27,061 bases of DNA from contig CALLVF010000007.1 of the NCBI GenBank assembly GCA_938010745.1, positions 1 to 27,061 of the forward strand, given 5' to 3'. The stretch comes from an uncultured Patescibacteria group bacterium (GTDB lineage Bacteria > Patescibacteriota > Microgenomatia > UBA1406 > GWC2-37-13). The position numbers and the translations under genes are program-made. This document shows positions 1 through 9,099 of the stretch, in pieces. Position 1 is the stretch's first letter; each line of letters starts with the position of its first letter. A model generated the notes under the pieces. That model was not told the DNA's origin. It ran no database searches and was given only the letters and a program-made list of their open reading frames with translations.

Positions 1-71
1 AATCGTAACTGTCCAATAACTGCCGTTACCCTACGAGCACATTACTACGGCAGAAAATACTTAGAAATTTC

Positions 72-107
72 TCATTTTTAATTTTGAATTTGGATTTTAA
101 TTTCTAA
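72..107. repeat. Short T-rich 6-7-nt periodic repeat tract
   Basis: ttttaat tttgaat ttggat tttaat ttctaat; same units as the larger elements. Confidence 0.5.
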
Positions 108-142
108 TGCCTGACAGAAAATAACGAATTTCTATTTTTTAT

Positions 143-171
143 TTGCTATTTAACATTGGATGTTTTATATT
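143..171 (+). promoter_or_regulatory. sigma70-type promoter (TTGCTA-17 bp-TATATT), leaderless start at ATG 178
   Basis: -35 at 143-148, -10 at 166-171, ATG 6 nt downstream. Overlaps the ORF-track start at 160, which favours 178. Confidence 0.5.
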
Positions 172-177
172 GTTTAT

Positions 178-948
178 ATGCTTTGTCCAAACTGCAACCA
201 ACCAATGAATTTAGTTATAGCTGATGATCAAAAAATTCTTCATTGTTCAAACTGTGGTGGTTCTTTTTTTGAGGAAAATGGTATTAACAAAATTACACTA
301 AATACTGCCCAAACGCTAGCGGAGGATAAAAAAAGTGATGAGATTTCAAGCAATGAAAAAAAATGCCCAAAAGATCAAACTCTTCTTAAACCAATCTTGC
401 CTAATTGTAACCAATCTCACCAGATCTCATCGCATATTTCAGACGACATCACTCTTCTTCACTGCCAAAAATGTCGAGGAATTTTTGCTTATCCAGATGA
501 TTTAATAAGTTTAAAAAAAACACAAGTGGCAAAAATTGAGTATTACAAACACTGGCAATTACCTCTTAATCTTTTAAAAAAAACAATTATCTTAGGAGTA
601 GGTGCCCTAATTTTTACCGCAGTAATTGTCAATTATACTTATTTTCAAAAAGCTTTAAATCAAGCCAATGCCTCTGACTTGATAAAAAAACTCTATCTTT
701 CACGCTCAGCTAATTATCTTTTTTTATTTTTCAAAACGGAAAAACCTTTTCGCTCAAAGGTAATTTTTCAAGATGCAACTGACAAAAAAATTATTAAAAA
801 AATATTGTCCCCTCAACCAAAAACTATTCATCAATTAACAACTACAGAAATCAATCTAGAAAATGATATTTATTATCAAATTGTTTTAACTCAAGAAAAT
901 GGATTGGAAATAAAAACTGAAGTCAAAAGATTAATAATGAATAATTGA
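178..948 (+). CDS. Membrane protein: tandem TFIIB-type (zf-TFIIB) zinc ribbons, one TM helix, C-terminal FN3/Ig-like domain
   Basis: CPNC...HCSNCGGSFFE and CPKD...HCQKCRGIF repeats; hydrophobic IILGVGALIFTAVIVNY; beta-rich C-terminus (FKTEKPFRSKVIF...H...IYYQIV). Start moved from 160 to ATG 178. Confidence 0.7.
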   Translation: MLCPNCNQPMNLVIADDQKILHCSNCGGSFFEENGINKITLNTAQTLAEDKKSDEISSNEKKCPKDQTLLKPILPNCNQSHQISSHISDDITLLHCQKCRGIFAYPDDLISLKKTQVAKIEYYKHWQLPLNLLKKTIILGVGALIFTAVIVNYTYFQKALNQANASDLIKKLYLSRSANYLFLFFKTEKPFRSKVIFQDATDKKIIKKILSPQPKTIHQLTTTEINLENDIYYQIVLTQENGLEIKTEVKRLIMNN

Positions 949-996
949 TTCTTCACAAAGAGGAAAATAAAAAGTTTTCTCATTACTTTATTAAAA

Positions 997-1866
997 TTAA
1001 TATTTTCTTAATCTTTTTAAAACATTCTCAATTTTTTGTACATCCTTAAGTTCTTGAGCAGCAATTAAAGGATCAATTATGTTAACAGAAAGACCTGTAC
1101 CCAACTCAAAACCAGCTCGATGAACCAGGCGTGGAATAATTCGTAAATACCAGTTATTTCCTGGGTATATATAAAAATTATATGCAAAATCATCTTTTAT
1201 TAACTTATATTTTTTGGTTACTTTTTTAATACTTTTTAGAGTACCTTGAAATATCAGAGCCAAATCTGAAATTTCCTCATCAGTAATATCACCAAAATAA
1301 GTATTGTCTTTTTTTGGAGTAATCCAAACTTCGTAAGGCCATTGAGAAAAATCTGGGCAATAAACATAAAAAAATTTATTATCTTTAACAATGTTATTCA
1401 GTGGTTCACGCGTTAAGGTGTCAAGATTAATCTGAAAAGGAATAACTACTAACTGTGAATGTGGATGTGTTAATGAAGCTCCCGAATGCTCTCCGTGATT
1501 GCAAAAAATTAAAACTTGACCTTTACTTCTAAAATATTGAAAACGAGCCCGGTACGCTTTCAAAATAAACTCCACTTGAGTTAGTGGCAACTCATCGATG
1601 TCTTTTTCATGATCCGGTGAATGAACAATAACTTCATGAAAATCAGTAATTGGATATTTGTTTGAAAATACTCTTACCTTCCAACCCGGTTTTCCTTTCT
1701 CACCTTTTCCTATACGAAAGGTTTCTTCTGGCGTCATTTTTTCATGATTTGGACAGAAAACACAAAAAATTTTTTTCTTGTGAAAATTATCTTCTGGTCG
1801 ATGTAGTCTTTGCTGAGAAATGATTACCCAGCGACGTGATGAAATATCAGGAATATATTTACTCAT
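997..1866 (-). CDS. galT: GalT-like hexose-1-phosphate nucleotidylyltransferase (HIT superfamily)
   Basis: CVFCP Zn motif, NKYP, HEVIVHSPDH and catalytic GASLTHPHSQ (HxHxQ). Confidence 0.85.
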   Translation of the reverse strand: MSKYIPDISSRRWVIISQQRLHRPEDNFHKKKIFCVFCPNHEKMTPEETFRIGKGEKGKPGWKVRVFSNKYPITDFHEVIVHSPDHEKDIDELPLTQVEFILKAYRARFQYFRSKGQVLIFCNHGEHSGASLTHPHSQLVVIPFQINLDTLTREPLNNIVKDNKFFYVYCPDFSQWPYEVWITPKKDNTYFGDITDEEISDLALIFQGTLKSIKKVTKKYKLIKDDFAYNFYIYPGNNWYLRIIPRLVHRAGFELGTGLSVNIIDPLIAAQELKDVQKIENVLKRLRKY

Positions 1867-1904
1867 GAAACGTTAAAATTATTTATTAATTTTTCTTAAA
1901 TCTT

Positions 1905-1933
1905 AGTATAAAAATTTGTCTGTCAAAATTCAA
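1905..1933 (-). promoter_or_regulatory. sigma70-type promoter for galT (TTGAAT-17 bp-TATACT)
   Basis: Reverse complement: -35 at 1933-1928, -10 at 1910-1905. Confidence 0.5.
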
Positions 1934-2217
1934 TAAATAAAAATGTGATAAATTCTATTTAAAATTTATTTTCAATCTATAAAAATAATTTAAGACAATA
2001 AACATTTAAATCATAAAAAAATTTAGAAAATCTTTTATTTTAAAATAAACTAAGAGATCAAATAATAAAATATGCTAATAAAGTTAAAGCTCTATAAAAA
2101 AACAATTAGAATTTAAAACAATCAATGCACAAGAAATATTTAAAAATTTTTTATAATTTTGAATAAAGAATTAATCCTAAAAAGAATCAATGAGAATTTT
2201 ATTTTTCATTGCTGAAT

Positions 2218-2246
2218 TTGGCACAAATACTCGCAAGTGATATAAT
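2218..2246 (+). promoter_or_regulatory. sigma70-type promoter for GT4 (TTGGCA-17 bp-TATAAT, extended -10)
   Basis: TTGGCA 2218-2223, TG 2238-2239, TATAAT 2241-2246. Confidence 0.6.
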
Positions 2247-2297
2247 ATAAAAGTTTTTTTATATTAACTAACAATTTAGTTTGGATAAAAAATTTTT

Positions 2298-3500
2298 ATG
2301 AAGGTTTTATATCTTTACATGTTCCCCCTTTGGGGTAATGGCTCTGGTAATTGGCTGCGAAGATTAACTTACCACCTTAAAGAAAAATATGAAAACAATT
2401 TTCAATCAGCCATTGTTGCTCCTGAATCAAGGGTTTTAAAACATGCCAAAATTTTTAGACTCAAACCCCCGCGAATGGGGGTTTTTGTTGGTAATCCCGA
2501 GCTTCCCCAAGATAAAAAATATTCAAAATTTTCTAATCAAGAATTTTTACAAGTTTTTACCTACTATCTTATCCGCACGGCAAAAGCAATTGAAAAATTT
2601 AAACCCGATCTTATCCATGTTTTTCATACAGCTTTTTTGCCAGCGGTGGCAATAAATTTAGCTAATCTTTACAAAATTCCCTTTATCATTACCACTCACG
2701 GCAGTGATCTTTATTATTTTAATGAAGATGGCAGGTGGAAAGCTAGTACTCGTGATGCCTCTGTTAGAGCAAAATTTATTACCGCCAACAGTAACTTCAC
2801 CCGAGAGTGGTACCTTCAGATGTTTGGTAAAGATTTAGCAAAAAAAATTAAAACGATTCCTGCTGGTGTTTCCTCAAATCCTAATGCTAGCAAAGATCCT
2901 TCTTGGATTGATAAAAAATATAATTTTAAATACGACAAAATGGTCCTTTTTACAGGAAGACTAACTGAACACAAAGGAGTTGAATACCTTATAAAAGCTG
3001 CAAGACAAATAAAAGCTGAAATTGTCATTTTAGGTGATGGACCTGAAAGAAAATATTTAGAAAGTTTAATATTAAATTATAAATTAGATAATGTCCATAT
3101 GCTTGGCTATTTTTCTCAAAAATTAGAAACTATCAATGACTTTTACGCTAGAGCCAATATTTATGTTGTCCCCTCAGTTTGGAATGAACCTCTAGGATTA
3201 GTAATTCTTGAGGCAATGGCTCATAAAACACCAGTTATTGCCTCAAGAAAAGGTGGGATTACCACTTTAGTTAAAGATGGCTTCAATGGTTTTCTTGTTC
3301 GCCCTCGAGCTCCAGGATTGATTGCGCAAAAAGTGAATTTACTACTAAATGATGATAAATTAAGACTAAAAATGGGTGAAAGAGCACTTAAAACGGTTAT
3401 CGAAAAATTCTCCTGGGAAAAAATTGCAACAAAATTTTATAATCTTTATGAAAAATCACTTCATAAATTAAACAATAATCATCAAAAAAAATCTCAATAG
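2298..3500 (+). CDS. Glycosyltransferase family 4 (GT-B)
   Basis: TTHGSDL, FTGRLTEHKG, PSVWNEPLGLVILEAMA (EX7E), FSWEKIA. Confidence 0.92.
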   Translation: MKVLYLYMFPLWGNGSGNWLRRLTYHLKEKYENNFQSAIVAPESRVLKHAKIFRLKPPRMGVFVGNPELPQDKKYSKFSNQEFLQVFTYYLIRTAKAIEKFKPDLIHVFHTAFLPAVAINLANLYKIPFIITTHGSDLYYFNEDGRWKASTRDASVRAKFITANSNFTREWYLQMFGKDLAKKIKTIPAGVSSNPNASKDPSWIDKKYNFKYDKMVLFTGRLTEHKGVEYLIKAARQIKAEIVILGDGPERKYLESLILNYKLDNVHMLGYFSQKLETINDFYARANIYVVPSVWNEPLGLVILEAMAHKTPVIASRKGGITTLVKDGFNGFLVRPRAPGLIAQKVNLLLNDDKLRLKMGERALKTVIEKFSWEKIATKFYNLYEKSLHKLNNNHQKKSQ

Positions 3501-3553
3501 AAAAAAGTAAAATCCAAAAAAAATTAAAAGGAAATTTTTTGAAAATTTTAATG

Positions 3554-3562
3554 TGCTAGAAT
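3554..3562 (+). promoter_or_regulatory. Extended -10 promoter (TG-c-TAGAAT), leaderless start at 3570
   Basis: TAGAAT 3557-3562, ATG 7 nt downstream, no SD. Confidence 0.45.
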
Positions 3563-3569
3563 AAATTTT

Positions 3570-4556
3570 ATGATAAAAACCTCAATCATTATCCCCTGCT
3601 ACCAACGTGTTAGTCAAACCTTAAAAACTATTGAGTTAATTTTTGCCTCAAAAGGTTTAAATCAACATTTTCAAGCAGAAGTTATTATTGCTGACAGTTC
3701 GCCTGATCACCAATTAAAAAAGGCTCTTGCTGAAAAATTTGCTAATAAAATTATCTATACTCGTCCCCAAAAACCAGGGATTGCTACCAATAAAAACCAA
3801 GGAGCAAAAGTGGCTCAAAATCCTATCTTAATCTTTTGTGATTCAGATATGGAGGTTGAACCAAATACAATTTTGAACACAATTAATGCTTTGAAAAAAT
3901 ACCCAACCGCCGCTGCCCTAACCGGTCAAGTTATTTGGCGCAGTGGTCCAAAAGATGGTCAACTTGATCGCCCCCGACCAGAAGACCGAATGATGACCAT
4001 TGAAGGAATTACTTACACTGAAGCCATTTACTCAAGATATATTGCCACCTACAAACAAGTTTTTTGGGAAGTAGGTGGTTATGATGAGGAGGTTTTTAAT
4101 ATGCGCGGTGAAGGATCTGATTTATCAGTGCGTTTTTGGAGAGATGGTTATCCTTTAGTTTTCGATAAAAATATAATTGTTCACCATGTCCATGAAACCG
4201 AAGGAGGGATAATAAGGGGTGTTTCTCATCCTGAATGGGGTATTGCCAAAGATCTTTTAATTTTGGCTTATAAATACGATATTGATGATGAAAGTAAAAA
4301 TTTTGTCAATACAGTAGCAGCTAATTTTGAGAAGTTTGGAAAAGAGGGTTATTATAGAATTATTGAAGGTATAAAAAATAACTACGATTTTATTGCAACA
4401 GTAAAGCCAATTATTGATCAGCAAAAAAAACAAATGAAAGCAATTTTTGATTTCAAGTTTTTGGAGATATTTTCTCAAAAAGAATTATTTAATCAATGCA
4501 TCAGTCAGGCAAAACATAGATTAGCTAAAATTAGAAAAGAAGTATTTTATGAGTAA
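3570..4556 (+). CDS. Glycosyltransferase family 2 (GT-A)
   Basis: SIIIPCY, IIADSS, LIFCDSD (DxD), FWEVGGYDE, EGSDL. Confidence 0.9.
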   Translation: MIKTSIIIPCYQRVSQTLKTIELIFASKGLNQHFQAEVIIADSSPDHQLKKALAEKFANKIIYTRPQKPGIATNKNQGAKVAQNPILIFCDSDMEVEPNTILNTINALKKYPTAAALTGQVIWRSGPKDGQLDRPRPEDRMMTIEGITYTEAIYSRYIATYKQVFWEVGGYDEEVFNMRGEGSDLSVRFWRDGYPLVFDKNIIVHHVHETEGGIIRGVSHPEWGIAKDLLILAYKYDIDDESKNFVNTVAANFEKFGKEGYYRIIEGIKNNYDFIATVKPIIDQQKKQMKAIFDFKFLEIFSQKELFNQCISQAKHRLAKIRKEVFYE

Positions 4557-5628
4557 AAAAAAACTAAAGATTGCCCAGTTAGTTCTACCCTGGATTTCGT
4601 TACCGCCACTAACTTATGCTGGCACGGAAAGAGTTGTTTATAATTTAACTGAAGGATTGGTAAAAAAAGGCCATCAAGTGACTTTATTCTCCGTTGGTGA
4701 ATCAAAAACTTCTGCTTGCTTAGAATATGTTTTTGAAAAAGCTCTAGGATTGCAGACTGATGTAATGAAAACTTTAAAATCCTCTTTTTATCCTTTAATC
4801 CATGTTGCCCATTGTTTTGAAAAACAAAATCAGTTTGATATCATTCACTCCCACGCTCAATTTCTTGCCCTTCCTTTTGCTACCATCTCAAAAACTCCCT
4901 CGCTTCATACCTTTCATCGATCTTATGATTCCCTCTCAGAAGACGAAAATGATCTAGTTTTAAGATACGGAAAAAAACTAAACTTTACCTCAATTAGTAA
5001 TCACCAAAGAATTCCCGGTGTCAATTTTGTCGCCACCGTCTATAATGGGGTTGACACTGAAAAATATAAACCAACTACCTCTCCTAAAAGAAATTTTCTT
5101 TTCTGGGCGGGTCGAATAATTGAAAAAAAAGGACCCAAAGAAGCAATTGAAGTGGCAAAAAAACTTAATTTTCCCTTGATTCTAGCCGGGGCAATCACAG
5201 AAGTGGATTATTTTGAAAGTGAAATAAAAAAAGAAATCGATAATAATTTAATTCATTTCATTGGGGAAATTTCTGAAGATAAAATGATCGAGTTATTTCA
5301 AAATGCCTTGCTAACATTAGTGCCGATTAAATGGAATGAACCTTTTGGCTTAATTCCTGTTGAATCAATGGCATGCGCTACTCCCGTAGTTGCCTATGCC
5401 AACGGAGGAGTAAAAGAAACTGTTGTTGATGGATTAACAGGATATTTAGTTGAAGAAAAACTGGGAGTTAAAGAATTAGTCAAGAAAACAAGAGCTATTT
5501 TAGAAATGAACAAGGTGCAATACCAAAAAATTTCCAAGAATGCCCGTGAACATGTGGTAAAAAATTTTTCTCTTGAGAAAATGGTAAATGATTACGAAAA
5601 AGTTTATTATCAAATTTTAGGGCTATGA
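4549..5628 (+). CDS. Glycosyltransferase family 4 (AviGT4-like subfamily)
   Basis: PWISLPPLTYAGTERVV, GRIIEKKG, WNEPFGLIPVESMACATPVV; overlaps the upstream gene by 8 nt. Confidence 0.92.
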   Translation: MSKKKLKIAQLVLPWISLPPLTYAGTERVVYNLTEGLVKKGHQVTLFSVGESKTSACLEYVFEKALGLQTDVMKTLKSSFYPLIHVAHCFEKQNQFDIIHSHAQFLALPFATISKTPSLHTFHRSYDSLSEDENDLVLRYGKKLNFTSISNHQRIPGVNFVATVYNGVDTEKYKPTTSPKRNFLFWAGRIIEKKGPKEAIEVAKKLNFPLILAGAITEVDYFESEIKKEIDNNLIHFIGEISEDKMIELFQNALLTLVPIKWNEPFGLIPVESMACATPVVAYANGGVKETVVDGLTGYLVEEKLGVKELVKKTRAILEMNKVQYQKISKNAREHVVKNFSLEKMVNDYEKVYYQILGL

Positions 5629-6794
5629 AAATCGCCATATTATCTCCACCCTGGATAGCGCTTCCGCCAACTGGTTATGGAGGGACTGAACGAGTGGTTT
5701 TTGAATTGACAGAAGGCTTAGTAAAAAAAGGTCATCAAGTTACCCTTTTCGCCACTGGCGATACAAAAACCTCTGCTCGCTTAAAGTATTATTACAAAAA
5801 CGCCTTAGGCAACGATTGGAATAAAAAGCAAAGTCAATATTTAGCCCTTTATCATATCCACAATTTCATCTCGTTGGTAAAAAAAGAAAAATTTAATATT
5901 ATTCACAATCACTCCTTTTACTTAACGTTATTTTTCCTATCTCTTATTAACACTCCTTTCCTTACTACTTTGCATAATCCCTTATATTCTAAAATTAAAG
6001 AGTTAGGCAGAGCTGATGATCGAAATATTGAGGAGAAAAGAAACATCCTTATTTATTTTAAAAATTATCCTTTTGTTAGCATTTCCAACCATCAACGAAA
6101 AGGATTACCTCAACTCAATTACATCAAAACTATTTACAATGGCGTTAAAGTAGATAAAATTAAATTCAGCCAAAAAAAAGGAACATATCTTGCCTGGTTG
6201 GGAAGAATAAGCCCAAAAAAAGGGGTTGATCTGGCAATAAAGGTAGCCTTAAAATTAAATCTTCCTCTTAAAATATCAGGATATATTGATCCCCTTGATC
6301 AACAATTTTTTGATGAGAAAATTAAACCTTTAATTGAAAAAAATTCCTCAACTATAACTTTTTTGGGAGAATTCAAAGATGAGGAAAAAAAGAATCAATT
6401 TTTAGGAGATGCTCTTCTTACTCTTTTTCCTTTGCGCTGGCATGAGCCATTTGGGATTGTCATGATTGAGTCTTTAGCAGCCGGAACACCAGTTGTTGCT
6501 TTTGCGCAAGGGTCTGTCCCTGAAGTTATAAAAGACGGCAGTACGGGATTTATTGTCAATCCAAAAGATACGCAAATCCAAGAAGACTTTATTATCAAAA
6601 AAACTGGGATTGAAGGACTGCACGAGGCAGTAGAGCGAATTTACTCAATGCCGGAAAATGAGTACCGACAAATAAGACACAACTGCCGCCTTCATGTAGA
6701 AAAGAATTTTACTGTCGAGAGAATGGTTGAGGAGTATGAGAAAGTGTATTATCAGATAATAAATTCAAAATCCGAATCTCAAATCTCAAAATGA
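5625..6794 (+). CDS. Glycosyltransferase family 4 (AviGT4-like subfamily)
   Basis: PPWIALPPTGYGGTERVV, GRISPKKG, WHEPFGIVMIESLAAGTPVV; ATGA overlap with the upstream paralogue. Confidence 0.92.
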   Translation: MKIAILSPPWIALPPTGYGGTERVVFELTEGLVKKGHQVTLFATGDTKTSARLKYYYKNALGNDWNKKQSQYLALYHIHNFISLVKKEKFNIIHNHSFYLTLFFLSLINTPFLTTLHNPLYSKIKELGRADDRNIEEKRNILIYFKNYPFVSISNHQRKGLPQLNYIKTIYNGVKVDKIKFSQKKGTYLAWLGRISPKKGVDLAIKVALKLNLPLKISGYIDPLDQQFFDEKIKPLIEKNSSTITFLGEFKDEEKKNQFLGDALLTLFPLRWHEPFGIVMIESLAAGTPVVAFAQGSVPEVIKDGSTGFIVNPKDTQIQEDFIIKKTGIEGLHEAVERIYSMPENEYRQIRHNCRLHVEKNFTVERMVEEYEKVYYQIINSKSESQISK

Positions 6795-6951
6795 TAATTG
6801 AAAATTCAAAATTCAAAGCGCAAATGTCAAATTAAGAAGCTTTGGATTTGATTTGAAATTTGATTTTGACCTTTGAAATTATTGATTTTTGAGTTTTATG
6901 ATTTATTTTTTAGTTGTTATTTTGAGATTTTAATTTTAAAGTTTGAATTTT
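6761..6951. repeat. Heptamer-periodic imperfect palindrome (~190 nt hairpin)
   Basis: aaatctcaaaat 6781-6792 is the exact reverse complement of 6919-6930; aaattcaaa 6761-6769 pairs with 6942-6950. Confidence 0.8.
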
Positions 6952-6952
6952 T

Positions 6953-7234
6953 ATGTATTCAGTCAAGGATATCTTAAAAAACTTCAATCCCCTAAAAGAC
7001 AAGTACGTCTCTCATGATTTTCAAGCTTTTGGGATATATCTTGCTCAAAAATTAGATGATGAAAAAAGAAAAAGTCTTTATATTAAATTAGCAAAAAATA
7101 TTCCACGATCGATTTTAGAGGAAGCATTAAGGTTTGTTTTGGATGCCAAAGCTAGAAAAAAAGGCGCTCTTTTTATGTGGAAGCTAAAAGAGCTAAACGC
7201 CTTTAAAACTGCAAAATCCAAATCTAAAACTTAA
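6953..7234 (+). CDS. Small basic helical hypothetical protein (of a type seen in Microgenomates)
   Basis: Clean 93 aa ORF with ATG; SLYIKLAK...ILEEAL...ARKKGALFMWKL; no assignable function. Confidence 0.75.
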   Translation: MYSVKDILKNFNPLKDKYVSHDFQAFGIYLAQKLDDEKRKSLYIKLAKNIPRSILEEALRFVLDAKARKKGALFMWKLKELNAFKTAKSKSKT

Positions 7235-7378
7235 AAATGAAAACCTAAAATCCAAATTTCAAAAACAAAATTTCAAATGAAGATCAAAATCAAAATAATA
7301 AAATATAATTTAAGCTTTGAATTTGATTTGAAATTTGGACTTTGACCTCTGAAATTTTTAAATTTTGAGTTTTATAAT
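7212..7378. repeat. Heptamer-periodic imperfect palindrome; homologue of the 6761-6951 element
   Basis: tccaaatttcaaa 7251-7263 is the exact reverse complement of 7327-7339; 7312-7378 aligns to 6837-6902 with about 8 differences in 67 nt. Confidence 0.8.
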
Positions 7379-7423
7379 ATTTAATTATTAGCTTTTTTTA
7401 AGGTTTTAATCTCGCATTAAATT

Positions 7424-8623
7424 TTAAAAATATCCCCATGCCCAATAAGCTATCGATCCTATACCCTTTTCTTTTAAAAAGTTAGTTTTAATTTTTACTG
7501 ATTCCTCATCCTCAAACCAAACAATGTGATAATAAAGATTATAAATCCCTTGATCATCTGCCTGTTTTGAGGAAATAACATAATTAATCTCAATTTCTTT
7601 ACTTGCTTCATCACGCTTAATCAAGCAATTTTCAAAAAAACAAACAAAATTAGTATCAAATGAGAATAACTCATTTTTACTTGATTCTTGCCAAGAAGCT
7701 GCAGTAAGAAATTTTTCTTTGATCTGTTTTGTTGTTAAAGCTTTAGCTTGTTTTATTGGTCTTTTTTTCTCGTCAACCTGCCAATCATAACCATACATAC
7801 CAAAAATGACTGTTAATTTTCCTGGCTTGACAAATTTTAAAAAATCATCAATCATGGTTTTGAAATCGTAACCAAAGTTGCCTTTTCCCTCAAAGGGAAA
7901 ATTAGGTCCTGGCTGACCATAACTTTTGTGAAAATCATATGCCATTATCATTACCTCATCAGAATGTTCAGCTAAAAATTTAACATCAAAGGGCCGACTT
8001 CGATAAAAAGTATCACCATACAGGATAACTGCTATTTTTAAATTTTCACTTTTAATTTTTTCTTGAAAATATTGTACAAAATTGTTAATTCTTCTTACTA
8101 TATCATCTGTTGGCAAACTGTTTATCTCCAAATCTAGCGCCACCCCTTGAAGATTATAGTTTTTTACTATATCCACTGTTTTTTTTGTGATTAAGAATTG
8201 CTCTTTTTCATCTGAAACCTGAGTTATTTTTAAGGCAAACCACACTTCACCTTTAAAATTTTGTTGCGATTGTATCAACTCATAAAAAACCGCAAAATTT
8301 TTCTCACTACCAAAATAGATTACTCTTTGATATTCATTTAAATGATTCCTCTCTGTTTCATTTTGAGTTGTTTTTAAATGATTAATTTGCCATTCGGGAA
8401 CAAAAATCGTTTTCGATTTCTGAGAAGTAATTTGCTCAACTAAGTTTTTTCTTGGAAGAGAATCATCATTAAGTAGTTTATTTTTTAATCGCTTTTTTTC
8501 TTCGTGAAGTTCTTTTCTTTTCCCTTGTTTGTTAATTAGATCAAGTCCTAAAATAATTGCAAATGAAAAAATAAGAAATAAAGCAATCAAAAACAATTTC
8601 TTTCCCAAATAAATATATTTCAT
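7424..8623 (-). CDS. Membrane-anchored glycoside hydrolase family 18
   Basis: N-terminal TM helix; GVALDLE (DxE), VMIMAYDFH, FGMYGYDW, GIGSIAYWAWG. Confidence 0.85.
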   Translation of the reverse strand: MKYIYLGKKLFLIALFLIFSFAIILGLDLINKQGKRKELHEEKKRLKNKLLNDDSLPRKNLVEQITSQKSKTIFVPEWQINHLKTTQNETERNHLNEYQRVIYFGSEKNFAVFYELIQSQQNFKGEVWFALKITQVSDEKEQFLITKKTVDIVKNYNLQGVALDLEINSLPTDDIVRRINNFVQYFQEKIKSENLKIAVILYGDTFYRSRPFDVKFLAEHSDEVMIMAYDFHKSYGQPGPNFPFEGKGNFGYDFKTMIDDFLKFVKPGKLTVIFGMYGYDWQVDEKKRPIKQAKALTTKQIKEKFLTAASWQESSKNELFSFDTNFVCFFENCLIKRDEASKEIEINYVISSKQADDQGIYNLYYHIVWFEDEESVKIKTNFLKEKGIGSIAYWAWGYF

Positions 8624-8663
8624 CTTAAAATTAAATTAAGAAGCATTCTGGTTTAATCTAAAT

Positions 8664-9065
8664 CTAATCTCGAATGTGACGTAATCCCAAATATGCAAGT
8701 GCAATTGCGCCTGCGCCTATTGACCAAGGTTCTAATTGCTCTGGTGAAAAATACTGTGTTGCTGCTGCAGCTGCCAATGTGACTACTCCTGAGGTCGCTC
8801 TATATTTTTCATCTTTGAATAAACCCATATACCCACCAAAAGCTTCAATAAAATTTAATCTTCTAGAGAAAGTTGCTGTTGGCAATGCCGCCAATAATGA
8901 TACTACAGTATGAGGAAGAACTCCTAATAATCCAAGAGCATTAGGTATCTCTCTGAGTATGTACAAAAGACCATAGACGCTTTCAGATGTACCTGATAAA
9001 AAATTTCTTAAATTGTCTAGAGATTTTCCGCTAGAAGCATCGGTGATACTTTTTGATATTTCCAT
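8664..9065 (-). CDS. Hypothetical small membrane protein
   Basis: 133 aa ORF with Gly/Ala-rich hydrophobic segments and a good upstream promoter. Confidence 0.6.
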   Translation of the reverse strand: MEISKSITDASSGKSLDNLRNFLSGTSESVYGLLYILREIPNALGLLGVLPHTVVSLLAALPTATFSRRLNFIEAFGGYMGLFKDEKYRATSGVVTLAAAAATQYFSPEQLEPWSIGAGAIALAYLGLRHIRD

Positions 9066-9099
9066 AATTATAAAATAAATTTTTAATAATCTTTTTTTA

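Noticed and set aside
1-81. Open frame ending at TAA 79-81 (NRNCPITAVTLRAHYYGRKYLEISHF) and a 7-bp inverted repeat CTGCCGT/ACGGCAG at 20-53
   Set aside because: Truncated by the window edge; I cannot tell a gene end from a structured RNA, and no motif is recognised.
1935-2215. Possible GT C-terminal remnant (LRDQIIKYANKVK...) in the galT-GT4 spacer
   Set aside because: Too short and AT-rich to distinguish from chance.
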